From IMG/VR virus record IMGVR_UViG_3300044641_002725: DNA of 64,000 bases; one strand, 5' to 3'. Under the pieces are notes generated by a model. It made no database searches and was not told the DNA's origin. It saw nothing but the letters and a program-made list of their open reading frames with translations. Position numbers and translations under genes: made by a program. This DNA is from a virus. This document shows, piece after piece, positions 1-9,709 of the stretch. The first letter of the stretch is position 1. The number at the start of each line of letters is the position of its first letter.

Positions 1-36
1 AAGAGAAACGTTTTGAACAAACTGAAAAATTTGATA

Positions 37-471
37 ATGATTAAAGAGAAATATCTTGGCGCATACATGAAGACTGCAAGAGTCTTTGCTGAATTGAGTA
101 CTTCAAAACGCAAACAAGTTGGTGCTGTTATTGTTAAAGATGATAGAATTATTTCAATCGGTTACAATGGTATGCCAAGTGGATGGGACAATGATTGTGA
201 AGTTATTACCCATACAGATTTTACTGGCACTATAGTGACAAAAACAAAACCCGAAGTTCTTCATGCAGAATCAAATGCAATTGCCAAACTAGCAAAGTCT
301 ACCGAGAGTGGTGATGGTGCAAGTATGTTCATCACTTGCTCTCCATGCATAGAATGTGCTAAAATGATATTTCAAAGCGGGATCAAAGAAGTATTTTATG
401 GCGAAGATTACCGTGATGATCGTGGTATTATTTTCCTAAATAAATGCGGTATAACAGTAAAACAAATATGA
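37..471 (+). CDS. cd: dCMP deaminase
   Basis: IISIGYNG, HAESNAI and SPCIECAK zinc-deaminase motifs. Confidence 0.93.
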   Translation: MIKEKYLGAYMKTARVFAELSTSKRKQVGAVIVKDDRIISIGYNGMPSGWDNDCEVITHTDFTGTIVTKTKPEVLHAESNAIAKLAKSTESGDGASMFITCSPCIECAKMIFQSGIKEVFYGEDYRDDRGIIFLNKCGITVKQI

Positions 472-845
472 GTGTAGATACAATGAACAAACCAAAAATT
501 GAAGAATCATCTCAATATCAAAATTTGATTGGCGAGAAAAAAGTGGCTGATAAACCTCTTTCTCTTTTAGACCACATGAATCTAGATGAAGATGAGAAAG
601 AGAAGTATTCTGACCAAGGTGAAAAAGAATGGAAGAAACTTTGGAAAGGTATGCCTGAGTTTGAACAAGAAGATAATCCGACATACAAAACACTATATGT
701 GCATTTCAGAACTGAATCGGATTACAAAGATTTTGCTAAATTAGTCAATCAAAATCTTTCAAACAAGACAAAGAGTATCTGGCATCCAGCACTTGATAGA
801 ACACAAAACTCTCTTCTTAGATGGGTAGTCGATGATTCAGAATGA
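468..845 (+). CDS. hypothetical protein (WKGMPEF motif), in putative DNA-modification locus
   Basis: ATGA overlap with cd stop; operonic with the methyltransferase and glycosyltransferase. Confidence 0.7.
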   Translation: MSVDTMNKPKIEESSQYQNLIGEKKVADKPLSLLDHMNLDEDEKEKYSDQGEKEWKKLWKGMPEFEQEDNPTYKTLYVHFRTESDYKDFAKLVNQNLSNKTKSIWHPALDRTQNSLLRWVVDDSE

Positions 846-1623
846 ATTCTTAAACGAAAAGCCGTTGATTCTTTTCGATAAATTTTTAAACGATTATGGA
901 AATATTTTTGATATTGACCATAACGAAGCTAAAAAGATGTTGAGAGATGATTCTCTTTTTCGTAGACTGACTTCTGAGTGGTATGAAAAACTAGATCAGA
1001 ACAATTTAGATGATGCATTTAAAGTGTATGATGATGATTACTATTTTGTAGATATTTTCAATTGCTATAGAACATACAGTAGAAGTTACATTAAACGATT
1101 GCTAAAGCCATCAATGGCAAATGGTGAATCTGTTTATGATTTACTTAAAAATTCTGCATCGTTTGTTGACATTGGCTGTGGAATCAGTTATAGTACATGT
1201 GCGATAAAAACTCTTTTGCCTAACGCAAAAGCATATGGCATCAATTTGAAAAACACTAAGCAATGGAAGTTATGTGAAGTCATGGCAAAGAAACATGATT
1301 TCAATCTGATTGAAAGTGTACATGAGATAGACCACAATGTAGATTTTGTTTTTGCATCTGAATACTTTGAACACATTCATAACCCGACTCAGCATGTAAA
1401 AGAAATCATTGATGCAATATCGCCAAAGTATTTTATTATTGCGAATGCATTTAACACACATTCGATTGGTCACTTCAAGACGTATGAATACGAAAACAAA
1501 ATTGTAGATCAATCAAAAATTTCTGCTATATTTAATAAGTTCTTAGTTGAAAATGGATATGAAAAAGTGTTATGCAAAATGTGGAATAACAAACCAACAA
1601 TATGGAGAAGAGTGAATGCATAA
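832..1623 (+). CDS. class I SAM-dependent methyltransferase
   Basis: FVDIGCGIS motif I; VDFVFASEYFEHIHNP motif IV-like. Confidence 0.8.
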   Translation: MIQNEFLNEKPLILFDKFLNDYGNIFDIDHNEAKKMLRDDSLFRRLTSEWYEKLDQNNLDDAFKVYDDDYYFVDIFNCYRTYSRSYIKRLLKPSMANGESVYDLLKNSASFVDIGCGISYSTCAIKTLLPNAKAYGINLKNTKQWKLCEVMAKKHDFNLIESVHEIDHNVDFVFASEYFEHIHNPTQHVKEIIDAISPKYFIIANAFNTHSIGHFKTYEYENKIVDQSKISAIFNKFLVENGYEKVLCKMWNNKPTIWRRVNA

Positions 1624-2551
1624 TCCTGAACATCCAGTTTATATCATATCAAAGGGTCGTGCTGACTCAATGATTACTTCAAGGTCTCTTTCAAGAATGA
1701 AAGTGCCTCACTATATCATCATTGAACCTCAAGATGAAATACCATATGAAAATGCACTAGACACATTCAATATTAGACCATGGGTTACATTGATTGTTGC
1801 ACCATTTTCAAATCACGGTGACGGTCCTGGTCGTGCAAGAAATTATGCTTGGGATCATTCGATATCTATTGGTGCAGAAAAACATTGGGTGATGGATGAC
1901 AACATTTCAGATTTCTATAGACTACATAAGAACCAACGAATTCGTGTAGAGTCTGGCATACTCTTCTATATCTGCGAACAGTTTATTGATAGATTTGAAA
2001 ACGTTCCTGTGTCTGGTCTGCAATATAGATTCTTCATTGCACCAAATCAAAAGTATCCACCTTTTGTGAAGAACACTCGAATCTATTCATGTCTTTTAAT
2101 TGACAATGCTTGCAAACATCGTTGGCGTGGTCGTTACAATGAAGATACAATTCTAAGTCTTGACGTTCTTAAAGATGGTGATTGTACAATTCAATTCAAT
2201 GTATTCATGCAAGGTAAAGCCGCAACTCAAACTGTCAAAGGTGGCAATACTTCAGAATTTTATCATGCTGAAGTTGGTTTTGATGATGAAACTGGTGAAG
2301 CAATTAAAGCAGATAAGTTAGTTGATGCAAAAGGCAAAAAATACAATGAAGCTGGCACAATTGCAAAATCACAAATGCTTGCCGATGTTCACTCAGACGT
2401 TTCTAGCGTTGTTTGGAGATATGATCGTTGGCACCATTACGTTGACTACTCTCAATTTAAAAGCAATCAGTTAAGATTGAAGCCAAACATAATTATACCG
2501 AATGAAACTAACAATTATGGAATGAAACTTGTTACGAACTGGCAGGGTTAA
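1616..2551 (+). CDS. TAGT/GREB1-like GT-A glycosyltransferase (candidate DNA base glycosylase-transferase)
   Basis: VYIISKGR N-terminus, GRARN, WVMDDN (DxD-like), RIYSCLLI, YNEDT, KGGN motifs. Confidence 0.72.
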   Translation: MHNPEHPVYIISKGRADSMITSRSLSRMKVPHYIIIEPQDEIPYENALDTFNIRPWVTLIVAPFSNHGDGPGRARNYAWDHSISIGAEKHWVMDDNISDFYRLHKNQRIRVESGILFYICEQFIDRFENVPVSGLQYRFFIAPNQKYPPFVKNTRIYSCLLIDNACKHRWRGRYNEDTILSLDVLKDGDCTIQFNVFMQGKAATQTVKGGNTSEFYHAEVGFDDETGEAIKADKLVDAKGKKYNEAGTIAKSQMLADVHSDVSSVVWRYDRWHHYVDYSQFKSNQLRLKPNIIIPNETNNYGMKLVTNWQG

Positions 2552-2554
2552 ATT

Positions 2555-3016
2555 ATGAAATTAAATTTATTTGGTGATTCATACGATGAACCAACTAAAA
2601 AGTGTTCCAAGTGCAAACAAGATTTGCAATTACATATGTTTGGTAAAGCAAGTGGCGGAAACTATCTTAGGGGTGAATGTAAAAAATGCAATAGAGAAAT
2701 TTACAAGTCTAGGGAAAAAGCCAAATCTACTGCCTCAGCAGTACCAACCAATCATATTTGTCCTATTTGCCTCAGAAAAGAAGATGCTGTAAAAAATAGA
2801 GGTGGCAAAAAATCAGGTACATGGTGTTGTGACCATGACCACGTTTCAGAAAAATTTAGAGGATGGTTATGCCATGATTGTAATCGAGGCATAGGTAATT
2901 TAGGTGAAGATATAGCTAGATTGCAAAGATCAATTGAGTATTTAAGTGATGCAAAAAAACATCAAGAGACTTCTAAGTTAACAGAATTTTTTATTTCAGA
3001 CCCTGTAAGTGGTTGA
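2555..3016 (+). CDS. Endonuclease VII-family HNH nuclease
   Basis: CPIC...DHDH...FRGWLCHDCNRGIG plus N-terminal CxxC zinc finger. Confidence 0.85.
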   Translation: MKLNLFGDSYDEPTKKCSKCKQDLQLHMFGKASGGNYLRGECKKCNREIYKSREKAKSTASAVPTNHICPICLRKEDAVKNRGGKKSGTWCCDHDHVSEKFRGWLCHDCNRGIGNLGEDIARLQRSIEYLSDAKKHQETSKLTEFFISDPVSG

Positions 3017-3021
3017 TTCAT

Positions 3022-3058
3022 AAGGGGTTTTTCTTCTATTTTTGAGAAAAACCCCTTT
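3022..3058. terminator. hairpin, probable intrinsic terminator
   Basis: AAGGGGTTTTT...AAAAACCCCTT inverted repeat followed by a T-rich run. Confidence 0.65.
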
Positions 3059-3072
3059 ATTTTGTACAAATG

Positions 3073-3134
3073 TGTTGTTTTGACGCTACACTACATCAAA
3101 TAATCGTTGACTTTCATTCCTGCTATGCTATACT
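3073..3134 (+). promoter_or_regulatory. sigma70-type promoter with upstream palindrome (TGTTG-N8-CTACA)
   Basis: TTGACT 3107, 16-bp spacer, TATACT 3129. Confidence 0.8.
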
Positions 3135-3165
3135 GTATACATAGATTGAGATTACAAAGGAATTT

Positions 3166-3768
3166 ATGTCACACATTGAACATCCTGCCGCATATGAAGC
3201 CGCTACCAAGCGCAACATCATAAACAATGCTACCAAAACGTTCTACAGGACATATCCCGATGCTGGCGATATCGTCCAATTCCTTGTTGACAATTCTGAG
3301 AGGAATTCTTTCTATTCAAATCTTCTAGGTTCGTTGAACACTTATGGTAAGTTGACAGAAAAACAAGTTCTTGCTGTACGCAAATCAATTACCACTCAAG
3401 CTGAACGTAAAGCACAATGGATTGCACAGGCGGCAGAGAAAAACGTAACACGTACATTCCTTGGCACCGAAAAGAAAAAGATTACTGTTACTCTTACAGT
3501 TAAAAAAACAATTGTAGTTGATCGTCCTAAATTTTACTGGGCTGATTCTGGCAGAAGTCTTCTCCGTATTTGCGAAGATGTAGATGGCAATGTAATTGTA
3601 TTCAGCGGCAATGCAGATTTTCCTGCTGAAGGTGAAACTGCAACAATTACCGCTACTGTAAAAATGCACCGCTACTATAAACAAAACGACATTGAAGTAC
3701 CACAGACAGTTATCATCCGTCCCAAGACTGTTGCCATTGTGCAACAGCCTGTTGCAGAAACCGCTTGA
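3166..3768 (+). CDS. hypothetical early protein, possible C-terminal OB fold
   Basis: 200-aa ORF, AAGGA RBS, beta-rich C-terminus. Confidence 0.7.
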   Translation: MSHIEHPAAYEAATKRNIINNATKTFYRTYPDAGDIVQFLVDNSERNSFYSNLLGSLNTYGKLTEKQVLAVRKSITTQAERKAQWIAQAAEKNVTRTFLGTEKKKITVTLTVKKTIVVDRPKFYWADSGRSLLRICEDVDGNVIVFSGNADFPAEGETATITATVKMHRYYKQNDIEVPQTVIIRPKTVAIVQQPVAETA

Positions 3769-3793
3769 CATTTTAATCCACCTGAGTTAAGAT
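3765..3793 (+). promoter_or_regulatory. sigma70-type promoter, probably leaderless transcript
   Basis: TTGACA-17-TAAGAT; ATG at 3800 lies 6 nt after the -10 box. Confidence 0.65.
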
Positions 3794-3799
3794 ACATAC

Positions 3800-6004
3800 A
3801 TGCTTAAAACACAAATTTCAAAATCCACTCTAGCAAAGTTACTTGCTACAGAGAATATTTCGGTAGAGTATCGCAAGGTGCAAACTGCATCATTCGATAT
3901 CGTGAATCGCCGTCTTACTCTTCCCATTATGAATGACACTACACCTGAAATGACAGACCTTTTGGTTGGTCATGAAGTTGGTCACGCATTAGACACACCA
4001 CAATCATACGTTGAATCAGCTAAAGCTGGCGGTTCTGCATTTTCTACATTCTTGAATGTTGTTGAGGATGCAAGGGTTGAACGTAGAATGAAGGATCGTT
4101 ATCCTGGTTTACGTAAGCCTATGGCTATTGCATATCGTCAATTTACTGAACGTGATTTCTTTGGCATCAAAGGTCAAGATGTAAATGAACTTATGTTGAT
4201 TGATAGAATCAATTTGCATTTTAAACTTGGTGCAATTGCAGGCATTAAATTCAATGCCGAAGAAATGATGTACGTTAACGAAGTTGAAACGGCAGATTCG
4301 TTTGAGCAAGTGAAAGATATCACCGAACGTTTGTATGATTTTTGCAAAGCAGAGTTAGACCAAAAACGTCAAGAGGCTAAAGAAGAATTCGAAAGACGCA
4401 AAGAGAATGGCGAATTCGATGGCGAAGATTATGATTATGATAATGACGATATTTTCGGTGATGATAACGAAGACTATGATGACGGAGATTCGAATAGTTC
4501 TGGCTCTGGTTCTGATAATGATGAAGATGACGATTATGAATCAGAAGAACGTTTTGACAATGGCTATTCTAATGAGCCGACATTCGAACAGGCAATGCCT
4601 AATGAGTTGAAGGTGTATGGCGATGAAGTTAAATCTGTAACGGATGAAAAATTTCAACAAGCATTGAAAGGTCTTGCAGAAACAAAAGAAATTAATGTTG
4701 GTAAGATCGTAAGTCAAAAGAAAATCAATTTAAAGAATTATATTGTTCCTTTCAAAGAGTTACAATTCTTTGATGAATCAATCTATGATAATGAAGAATT
4801 GAAAGGTCAAGACCGTTATGATACTAGTCTGCTGATGAAATTCGAAGCCAAGAATAAGAATCCAATTGCTTATCTTGTAAAAGAATTTGAAATGAAAAAG
4901 AAAGCGGCTGAGTTGCGCCGTGTAACAGTCTCCGATACTGGTACACTTGACACTAACAAATTGCATACTTACAAATTCAATGACGATATCTTCCGTAAGA
5001 TTGGCTCTGTTGCACAAGGTAAGAATCACGGCATTGTAATGTTCATTGACTGGTCTGGTTCAATGACAGACAATATGGCTGGTACAATCGAACAATTGAT
5101 TACAATGGCAACGTTCTGCCGCAAAGTGAATATTCCGTTTGATGTTTATGCTTTCACTACTGAGTATCACAAGTGTTTGACAAACCGGCAAGAGCGTTTC
5201 GATATAGATACCGAAGCCAATCAATTAGACATTGACCATCTTTCTTTGATGAATATTTTGTCTAGCAGTATGAAAAACCAAACGTATCGCAAATTTGCAA
5301 ATGATTTGTTGAATGTTGCTGAAGCATATCAACCTTACTTGCACTATCGTAGAAATTATAAAGCAAACTATATCAAAGAGGGCATGGGTCTCGGTGGTAC
5401 TCCGTTGAATGCAACAATTCAAGTGGCATCTAATGTTGTCAACGATTTTCGTAAACGCACTCGGTCTGAAATTGTGAATGTTATCTTTTTGACTGATGGC
5501 GAAGACAGTAGCACATTGTGGACTTCATCTGGTGAAGCATATCGTGGCACTCGCATCGGACCTTCTGACTTCCGTTCAGTATCTTATATTGAAGACAAAG
5601 ATTCCGCAAAGAATTATCGTGTAAGTGACAAAGGTGTAACACCAACGTTATTGCAAATTCTAAAAGATCGTACTGGTTGTAATTTGATTGGATTCTACAT
5701 CCTGCCAAAAAGCAAACGTTACTTCCAAAATGCAATGACACGTTTCAATATGATAATGACGGATGATGGATACAAACAATTCCGCAATGAAAAGTTTTTC
5801 TCTATCAACGGATATGGATACTCTGAGTACTTCTTAATTCCTGGTGGCAATGATTTGTCTACCGATGATGATTCGCTATCAGACATTCTTGGCGAAAGCA
5901 AAGATGTTTCTGCACGTAAGTTGAAAGGTGCATTCTTAAAGATGAACCAGAATCGTTTGACTAACCGTGTTTTACTTTCTAGAGTAATCAAGGAAATTGC
6001 TTGA
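3800..6004 (+). CDS. HExxH metallopeptidase / vWA domain protein (CobT-like partner of MoxR ATPase)
   Basis: HEVGH...NVVEDARVE; acidic linker; MIDAS DWSGS, GGTPL, LTDG. Confidence 0.85.
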   Translation: MLKTQISKSTLAKLLATENISVEYRKVQTASFDIVNRRLTLPIMNDTTPEMTDLLVGHEVGHALDTPQSYVESAKAGGSAFSTFLNVVEDARVERRMKDRYPGLRKPMAIAYRQFTERDFFGIKGQDVNELMLIDRINLHFKLGAIAGIKFNAEEMMYVNEVETADSFEQVKDITERLYDFCKAELDQKRQEAKEEFERRKENGEFDGEDYDYDNDDIFGDDNEDYDDGDSNSSGSGSDNDEDDDYESEERFDNGYSNEPTFEQAMPNELKVYGDEVKSVTDEKFQQALKGLAETKEINVGKIVSQKKINLKNYIVPFKELQFFDESIYDNEELKGQDRYDTSLLMKFEAKNKNPIAYLVKEFEMKKKAAELRRVTVSDTGTLDTNKLHTYKFNDDIFRKIGSVAQGKNHGIVMFIDWSGSMTDNMAGTIEQLITMATFCRKVNIPFDVYAFTTEYHKCLTNRQERFDIDTEANQLDIDHLSLMNILSSSMKNQTYRKFANDLLNVAEAYQPYLHYRRNYKANYIKEGMGLGGTPLNATIQVASNVVNDFRKRTRSEIVNVIFLTDGEDSSTLWTSSGEAYRGTRIGPSDFRSVSYIEDKDSAKNYRVSDKGVTPTLLQILKDRTGCNLIGFYILPKSKRYFQNAMTRFNMIMTDDGYKQFRNEKFFSINGYGYSEYFLIPGGNDLSTDDDSLSDILGESKDVSARKLKGAFLKMNQNRLTNRVLLSRVIKEIA

Positions 6005-6066
6005 TGTTGCGTAAAAACAACAGTCCAAAACAATCACTTGACTCGCCATAAATACTCTGTTAAACT
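6005..6066 (+). promoter_or_regulatory. promoter with TGTTG-N8-CAACA palindrome
   Basis: palindrome 6005-6022, TTGACT 6038, TAAACT 6061. Confidence 0.7.
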
Positions 6067-6109
6067 ACTAGTATTGAAATTGATTTTTACTTGAAAGAAC
6101 CTTTATATT

Positions 6110-7288
6110 ATGACTACCAAAGCTGAAAAGATTTTATTTGTCACCGAAGCCGCAAAACGTTTTGGTGAAGTTGTGACCCACGATCAACTGGTAACTCTAT
6201 CAGAAGAAACTGGAATGAAACGTCAAGTGTGGCTAGAGGGCAAACAATACCGAGTTGCACGTGGCAAGTACCAATTGCCTCTTCAAGAATTCAACATTAA
6301 CATGGCTGGTCTCGCATTAGTCAAATCTAAACCTATGACAATTAGTGAACCGACTGTAACGCCTGTTACAAAAGCAATTGCAAAAATGTCATCCGTTGCA
6401 CGTATGCAAGAGGGTGCAATTATTCCTAAAGTGAATTCTTTGTACGTGCCTTTCGGTTTCTTTGATAACATGAAACGCATTGTTGCATCAAAGAAATTTT
6501 ATCCAGTATTCGTTTCTGGTCTCTCTGGTAACGGCAAGACTTTCATGGTTGAGCAAGCCTGTGCCCAATTGAAGACAGAATGCCTCCGTGTAAACATTTC
6601 ACCAGAGACTGATGAAGATGATTTGATTGGTGGTTTCCGTTTGATTGACGGAGAAACAAAATGGTTTGACGGTCCAGTTGTTCAAGCAATGAAGTCTGGT
6701 GCTGTTTTGATTCTTGATGAAATTGATCGTGGTTCAAATAAACTAATGTGTCTGCAAGGTGTACTTGAAGGCAAAGGTTTGTTCGTTAAGAAGACTGGTG
6801 AATTCGTTGAGCCAGTTACGGGTTTCAACGTTATCGCTACCGCAAACACTAAAGGTAAGGGTGATGAATCTGGTCGCTACATGGCAGCCACAATTCTTGA
6901 TGATGCGTTTCTCGAACGTTTCCCAATTACAGTTGAGCAAGAATATCCTGATGTTAAAATCGAAACCAAGATTTTGACTAAGTTGTTTGCAAGTCTTGAC
7001 ATTGATGACAAAGCATTTGCAGAAAATCTTGTGAAGTGGGCTGATATCATTCGTAAGACTTTCGAAGAAGGTGCTATCGATGAATTGATTTCCACTCGCC
7101 GTCTGTCTCACATTGCCGAAGCATACACCATCTTCAACGATAAGATGGAAGCAATCAAGTACTGTATCAACCGTTTCGATGGTGAAACAAAGACTGCATT
7201 CCTTGACCTCTACAGCAAGATTGATGCTGGTATCGATCCGACTGCCGAAGTGAAGTCCGAAACAAATACGGATGAAGTTCCGTTCTAA
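6110..7288 (+). CDS. MoxR/CobS-like AAA+ ATPase
   Basis: Walker A GLSGNGKT, Walker B LILDEID, ATANT, DAFLERF. Confidence 0.9.
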   Translation: MTTKAEKILFVTEAAKRFGEVVTHDQLVTLSEETGMKRQVWLEGKQYRVARGKYQLPLQEFNINMAGLALVKSKPMTISEPTVTPVTKAIAKMSSVARMQEGAIIPKVNSLYVPFGFFDNMKRIVASKKFYPVFVSGLSGNGKTFMVEQACAQLKTECLRVNISPETDEDDLIGGFRLIDGETKWFDGPVVQAMKSGAVLILDEIDRGSNKLMCLQGVLEGKGLFVKKTGEFVEPVTGFNVIATANTKGKGDESGRYMAATILDDAFLERFPITVEQEYPDVKIETKILTKLFASLDIDDKAFAENLVKWADIIRKTFEEGAIDELISTRRLSHIAEAYTIFNDKMEAIKYCINRFDGETKTAFLDLYSKIDAGIDPTAEVKSETNTDEVPF

Positions 7289-7320
7289 ATCTCCTTGGCA
7301 TAATTGAAAATATGCCTTTA

Positions 7321-7357
7321 GAGGCCACTTGACGTGGCCTCTTTTTTTATATATAAT
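7321..7357 (+). terminator. intrinsic terminator overlapping a sigma70 promoter
   Basis: GAGGCCAC-TTGAC-GTGGCCTC-T7; loop TTGACG-17-TATAAT(7352). Confidence 0.8.
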
Positions 7358-7389
7358 AGTGTAAGATAATTTAACAACATGGAGAAAAT

Positions 7390-8241
7390 ATGCAATTTGA
7401 AATTGATATTGAAAAACTAAGAACCAAAAAACTGTTTATTGCAACACCGATGTATGGCGGACAATGCCACGGGTCTTATACTAAAGCAGTTTCTGACTTA
7501 ATGGTATTATGTACCAAATATGGAATTGAAGCGAGACTATTCTTTATCTTCAATGAATCACTAGTGCAACGTGCTAGAAATTACTTGACAGATGAATTTG
7601 TTCGAAGTGAAATGGATTACATGCTATTCATTGATAGCGATATTCATTTTGAAGCACAAGACATTTTCGTTATGATGCACCATGCAATCACTAGGGATGA
7701 CATGGATGTTATTTGTGGTCCATATCCAAAAAAAGCAATTTCTTGGGAGAAAATCAAATCAGCAGTTGACAAAGGTTTCGCAGACCAAAATCCAAATCAA
7801 TTGGAAGAGTTTGTTGGCGACTACGTTTTCAATCCAGCGGAAGACACTCAAACTTTTCGACTTGACGAGCCAGTTCAAGTGAAAGAAAGTGGCACTGGAT
7901 TTATGCTCATTAAGAGAACTGCATTGGAGAAATTCGACAAAGCATTCCCAATGCAAAGCTATAAGCCGGACCATGCACGTACAGTAAACTTTGATGGTAG
8001 CAGAGAAATCATGGCTTACTTTGATTGCGTTATTTGCCCAGATACAAAACGTTATCTCTCTGAAGACTATATGTTCTGCCAGTGGATGCGTAAAGCTGGT
8101 GGAAAAATTTGGTTGCTTCCATGGTTACGTTTGAAACATGCTGGCACTTATATCTTTGGTGGTTCGTTAGCCGCATTAGCCGCTATCAATGCGTCACCAA
8201 CGGCAGGTGAAAATGTTTCAAAAAGAGGAAACGGTGTGTAA
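7390..8241 (+). CDS. GT-A fold glycosyltransferase-like protein
   Basis: LFIATPMYGG, RARN, LFIDSD, GTGFMLIKR, YLSEDYMFC motifs. Confidence 0.75.
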   Translation: MQFEIDIEKLRTKKLFIATPMYGGQCHGSYTKAVSDLMVLCTKYGIEARLFFIFNESLVQRARNYLTDEFVRSEMDYMLFIDSDIHFEAQDIFVMMHHAITRDDMDVICGPYPKKAISWEKIKSAVDKGFADQNPNQLEEFVGDYVFNPAEDTQTFRLDEPVQVKESGTGFMLIKRTALEKFDKAFPMQSYKPDHARTVNFDGSREIMAYFDCVICPDTKRYLSEDYMFCQWMRKAGGKIWLLPWLRLKHAGTYIFGGSLAALAAINASPTAGENVSKRGNGV

Positions 8242-8549
8242 TGATAGATTATCGTTATAATGAAGATAAGACTTTGAAAGAATTGAAGTCTTATATTGAT
8301 ACAACATACAATCAACATTACTCCCGTGACAAATTTCAAGCAACAGAATTCATCATCGATGGTGGACATGGTGAAGGATTCTGTATTGGAAACGTGCTGA
8401 AATATGCACAAAGGTATGGCAAGAAAGATGGAAGAAATCGTAAAGACTTGCTAAAAATTATACACTATGCTATAATCATGTTACACGTACATGACTTAAA
8501 TGAAGGAAATGAAAATGAAATTAAGCGAATCAACAATCAATGTTCTTAA
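8241..8549 (+). CDS. DUF3310-like conserved phage protein
   Basis: HY...GFCIGNVLKYAQRYGKKDG..DLLKIIHY. Confidence 0.75.
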   Translation: MIDYRYNEDKTLKELKSYIDTTYNQHYSRDKFQATEFIIDGGHGEGFCIGNVLKYAQRYGKKDGRNRKDLLKIIHYAIIMLHVHDLNEGNENEIKRINNQCS

Positions 8550-9186
8550 AAACTTTGCTACCATCAATGCTGGTATGCAATTCAAAGAAGGCTCCGTAGT
8601 ACGAACTATCTCTAAAGGACAGAACGTGCTCGGTAAAGCTACAGTAACAGAAAACTTTGAAAAAGATTTTGTTATCTATGATCTGAATAGGTTTCTTTCT
8701 CTTTGCAGTTCTTTAACTGATCCTGAGATTGTTATCAATACTGATGCAAACAATCTTACAGTTAAATCTGGCACATCTAAAACTACATACGGACTTGCAG
8801 ATGAGTCTATGATTGTAGCACCGCCTGCAAAAGAGTTAAAGATCGAAAACTCCGAAGTGAATTTTAGACTGACAAAAGACGATATGAATCAAGTATTGAA
8901 ATTGTCTGGCATCTTGGGTCTCCCAAACATTGCAGTTGTTGGTGATGGCGCAAGCATTTCTATTTCTGCACTAGATGTTAAGAATAATGAGTCCGATAAC
9001 TTCTCAATCAAAGTTGGTGAAACTACATCTACTTTCAAAATGATTTTCAATACAGAAAATCTGAAGATGGTTCCTGGCAATTATGATGTTGCAATTTCAT
9101 CTAAAGGTATTTCACATTTCAAACATGTGACTGACCAAATTGAATATTGGATTGCTACTGAAGCTGGCTCTAAGTACGAAGGATAA
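8515..9186 (+). CDS. 45: DNA polymerase sliding clamp gp45
   Basis: MKLSESTINVLKNFATIN, IYDLNRFL, YWIATE; synteny with 44/62. Confidence 0.95.
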   Translation: MKLSESTINVLKNFATINAGMQFKEGSVVRTISKGQNVLGKATVTENFEKDFVIYDLNRFLSLCSSLTDPEIVINTDANNLTVKSGTSKTTYGLADESMIVAPPAKELKIENSEVNFRLTKDDMNQVLKLSGILGLPNIAVVGDGASISISALDVKNNESDNFSIKVGETTSTFKMIFNTENLKMVPGNYDVAISSKGISHFKHVTDQIEYWIATEAGSKYEG

Positions 9187-9190
9187 TATT

Positions 9191-9391
9191 ATGAAACAAA
9201 AAGGCTCATACAACGTAAGTCATCCCGATGGATTACTTTCTACAATCAATGTGCGGTTGCCCGAAACTGTGAATGAAGAAATTAAGAAAGTGTGTATAAA
9301 ACATGATATTTCAGTATCTGCTTTTGGTAGAAAAGCATTTATTGCATATTTGAAATTTATTAAAGAAAAGGAATCAATCTATGAGCAGTAA
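9191..9391 (+). CDS. ribbon-helix-helix-like DNA-binding protein
   Basis: TINVRLPETVNEEIKKVC...ISVSAFGRKA pattern. Confidence 0.55.
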   Translation: MKQKGSYNVSHPDGLLSTINVRLPETVNEEIKKVCIKHDISVSAFGRKAFIAYLKFIKEKESIYEQ

Positions 9392-9644
9392 TGTGATTGT
9401 TCCATCTTCTCCAGAAGATCGTAAAAAGATTCTGGATGCACTTGTCGAAATTTCAAATTCACTCACTCGCATTGAAGCAGAACGTGATTTGATTAAAGAC
9501 ATTCTTGTTTCAGTTGAAGATAAATTTGAGTTGCCTAAAAAGTACACTCGCAAACTTGCAAAGATTTATCACAAACAAAACTTCACCGAAGTTCAACAAG
9601 AACAAGATGATGTTGAATCCCTTTATGAGAGTGTGGCTAAGTAA
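9381..9644 (+). CDS. dsbA: T4 DsbA-like dsDNA-binding protein
   Basis: EISNSLTRIEAERDLIKDI...LAKIYHKQNF...LYE. Confidence 0.8.
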   Translation: MSSNVIVPSSPEDRKKILDALVEISNSLTRIEAERDLIKDILVSVEDKFELPKKYTRKLAKIYHKQNFTEVQQEQDDVESLYESVAK

Positions 9645-9709
9645 CACTCGCTTGCATTCTAACATGCAATGTGTTAGAATATATTTTTATGTTATGATAA
9701 GGTGAACAC

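Noticed and set aside
4420-4560. GAT/GAC-rich low-complexity DNA
   Set aside because: Simply encodes the acidic linker of the vWA protein.
6110-7288. Cobalamin biosynthesis (cobS) auxiliary gene
   Set aside because: No cobN or other cob genes; better described as a MoxR ATPase with a vWA partner.
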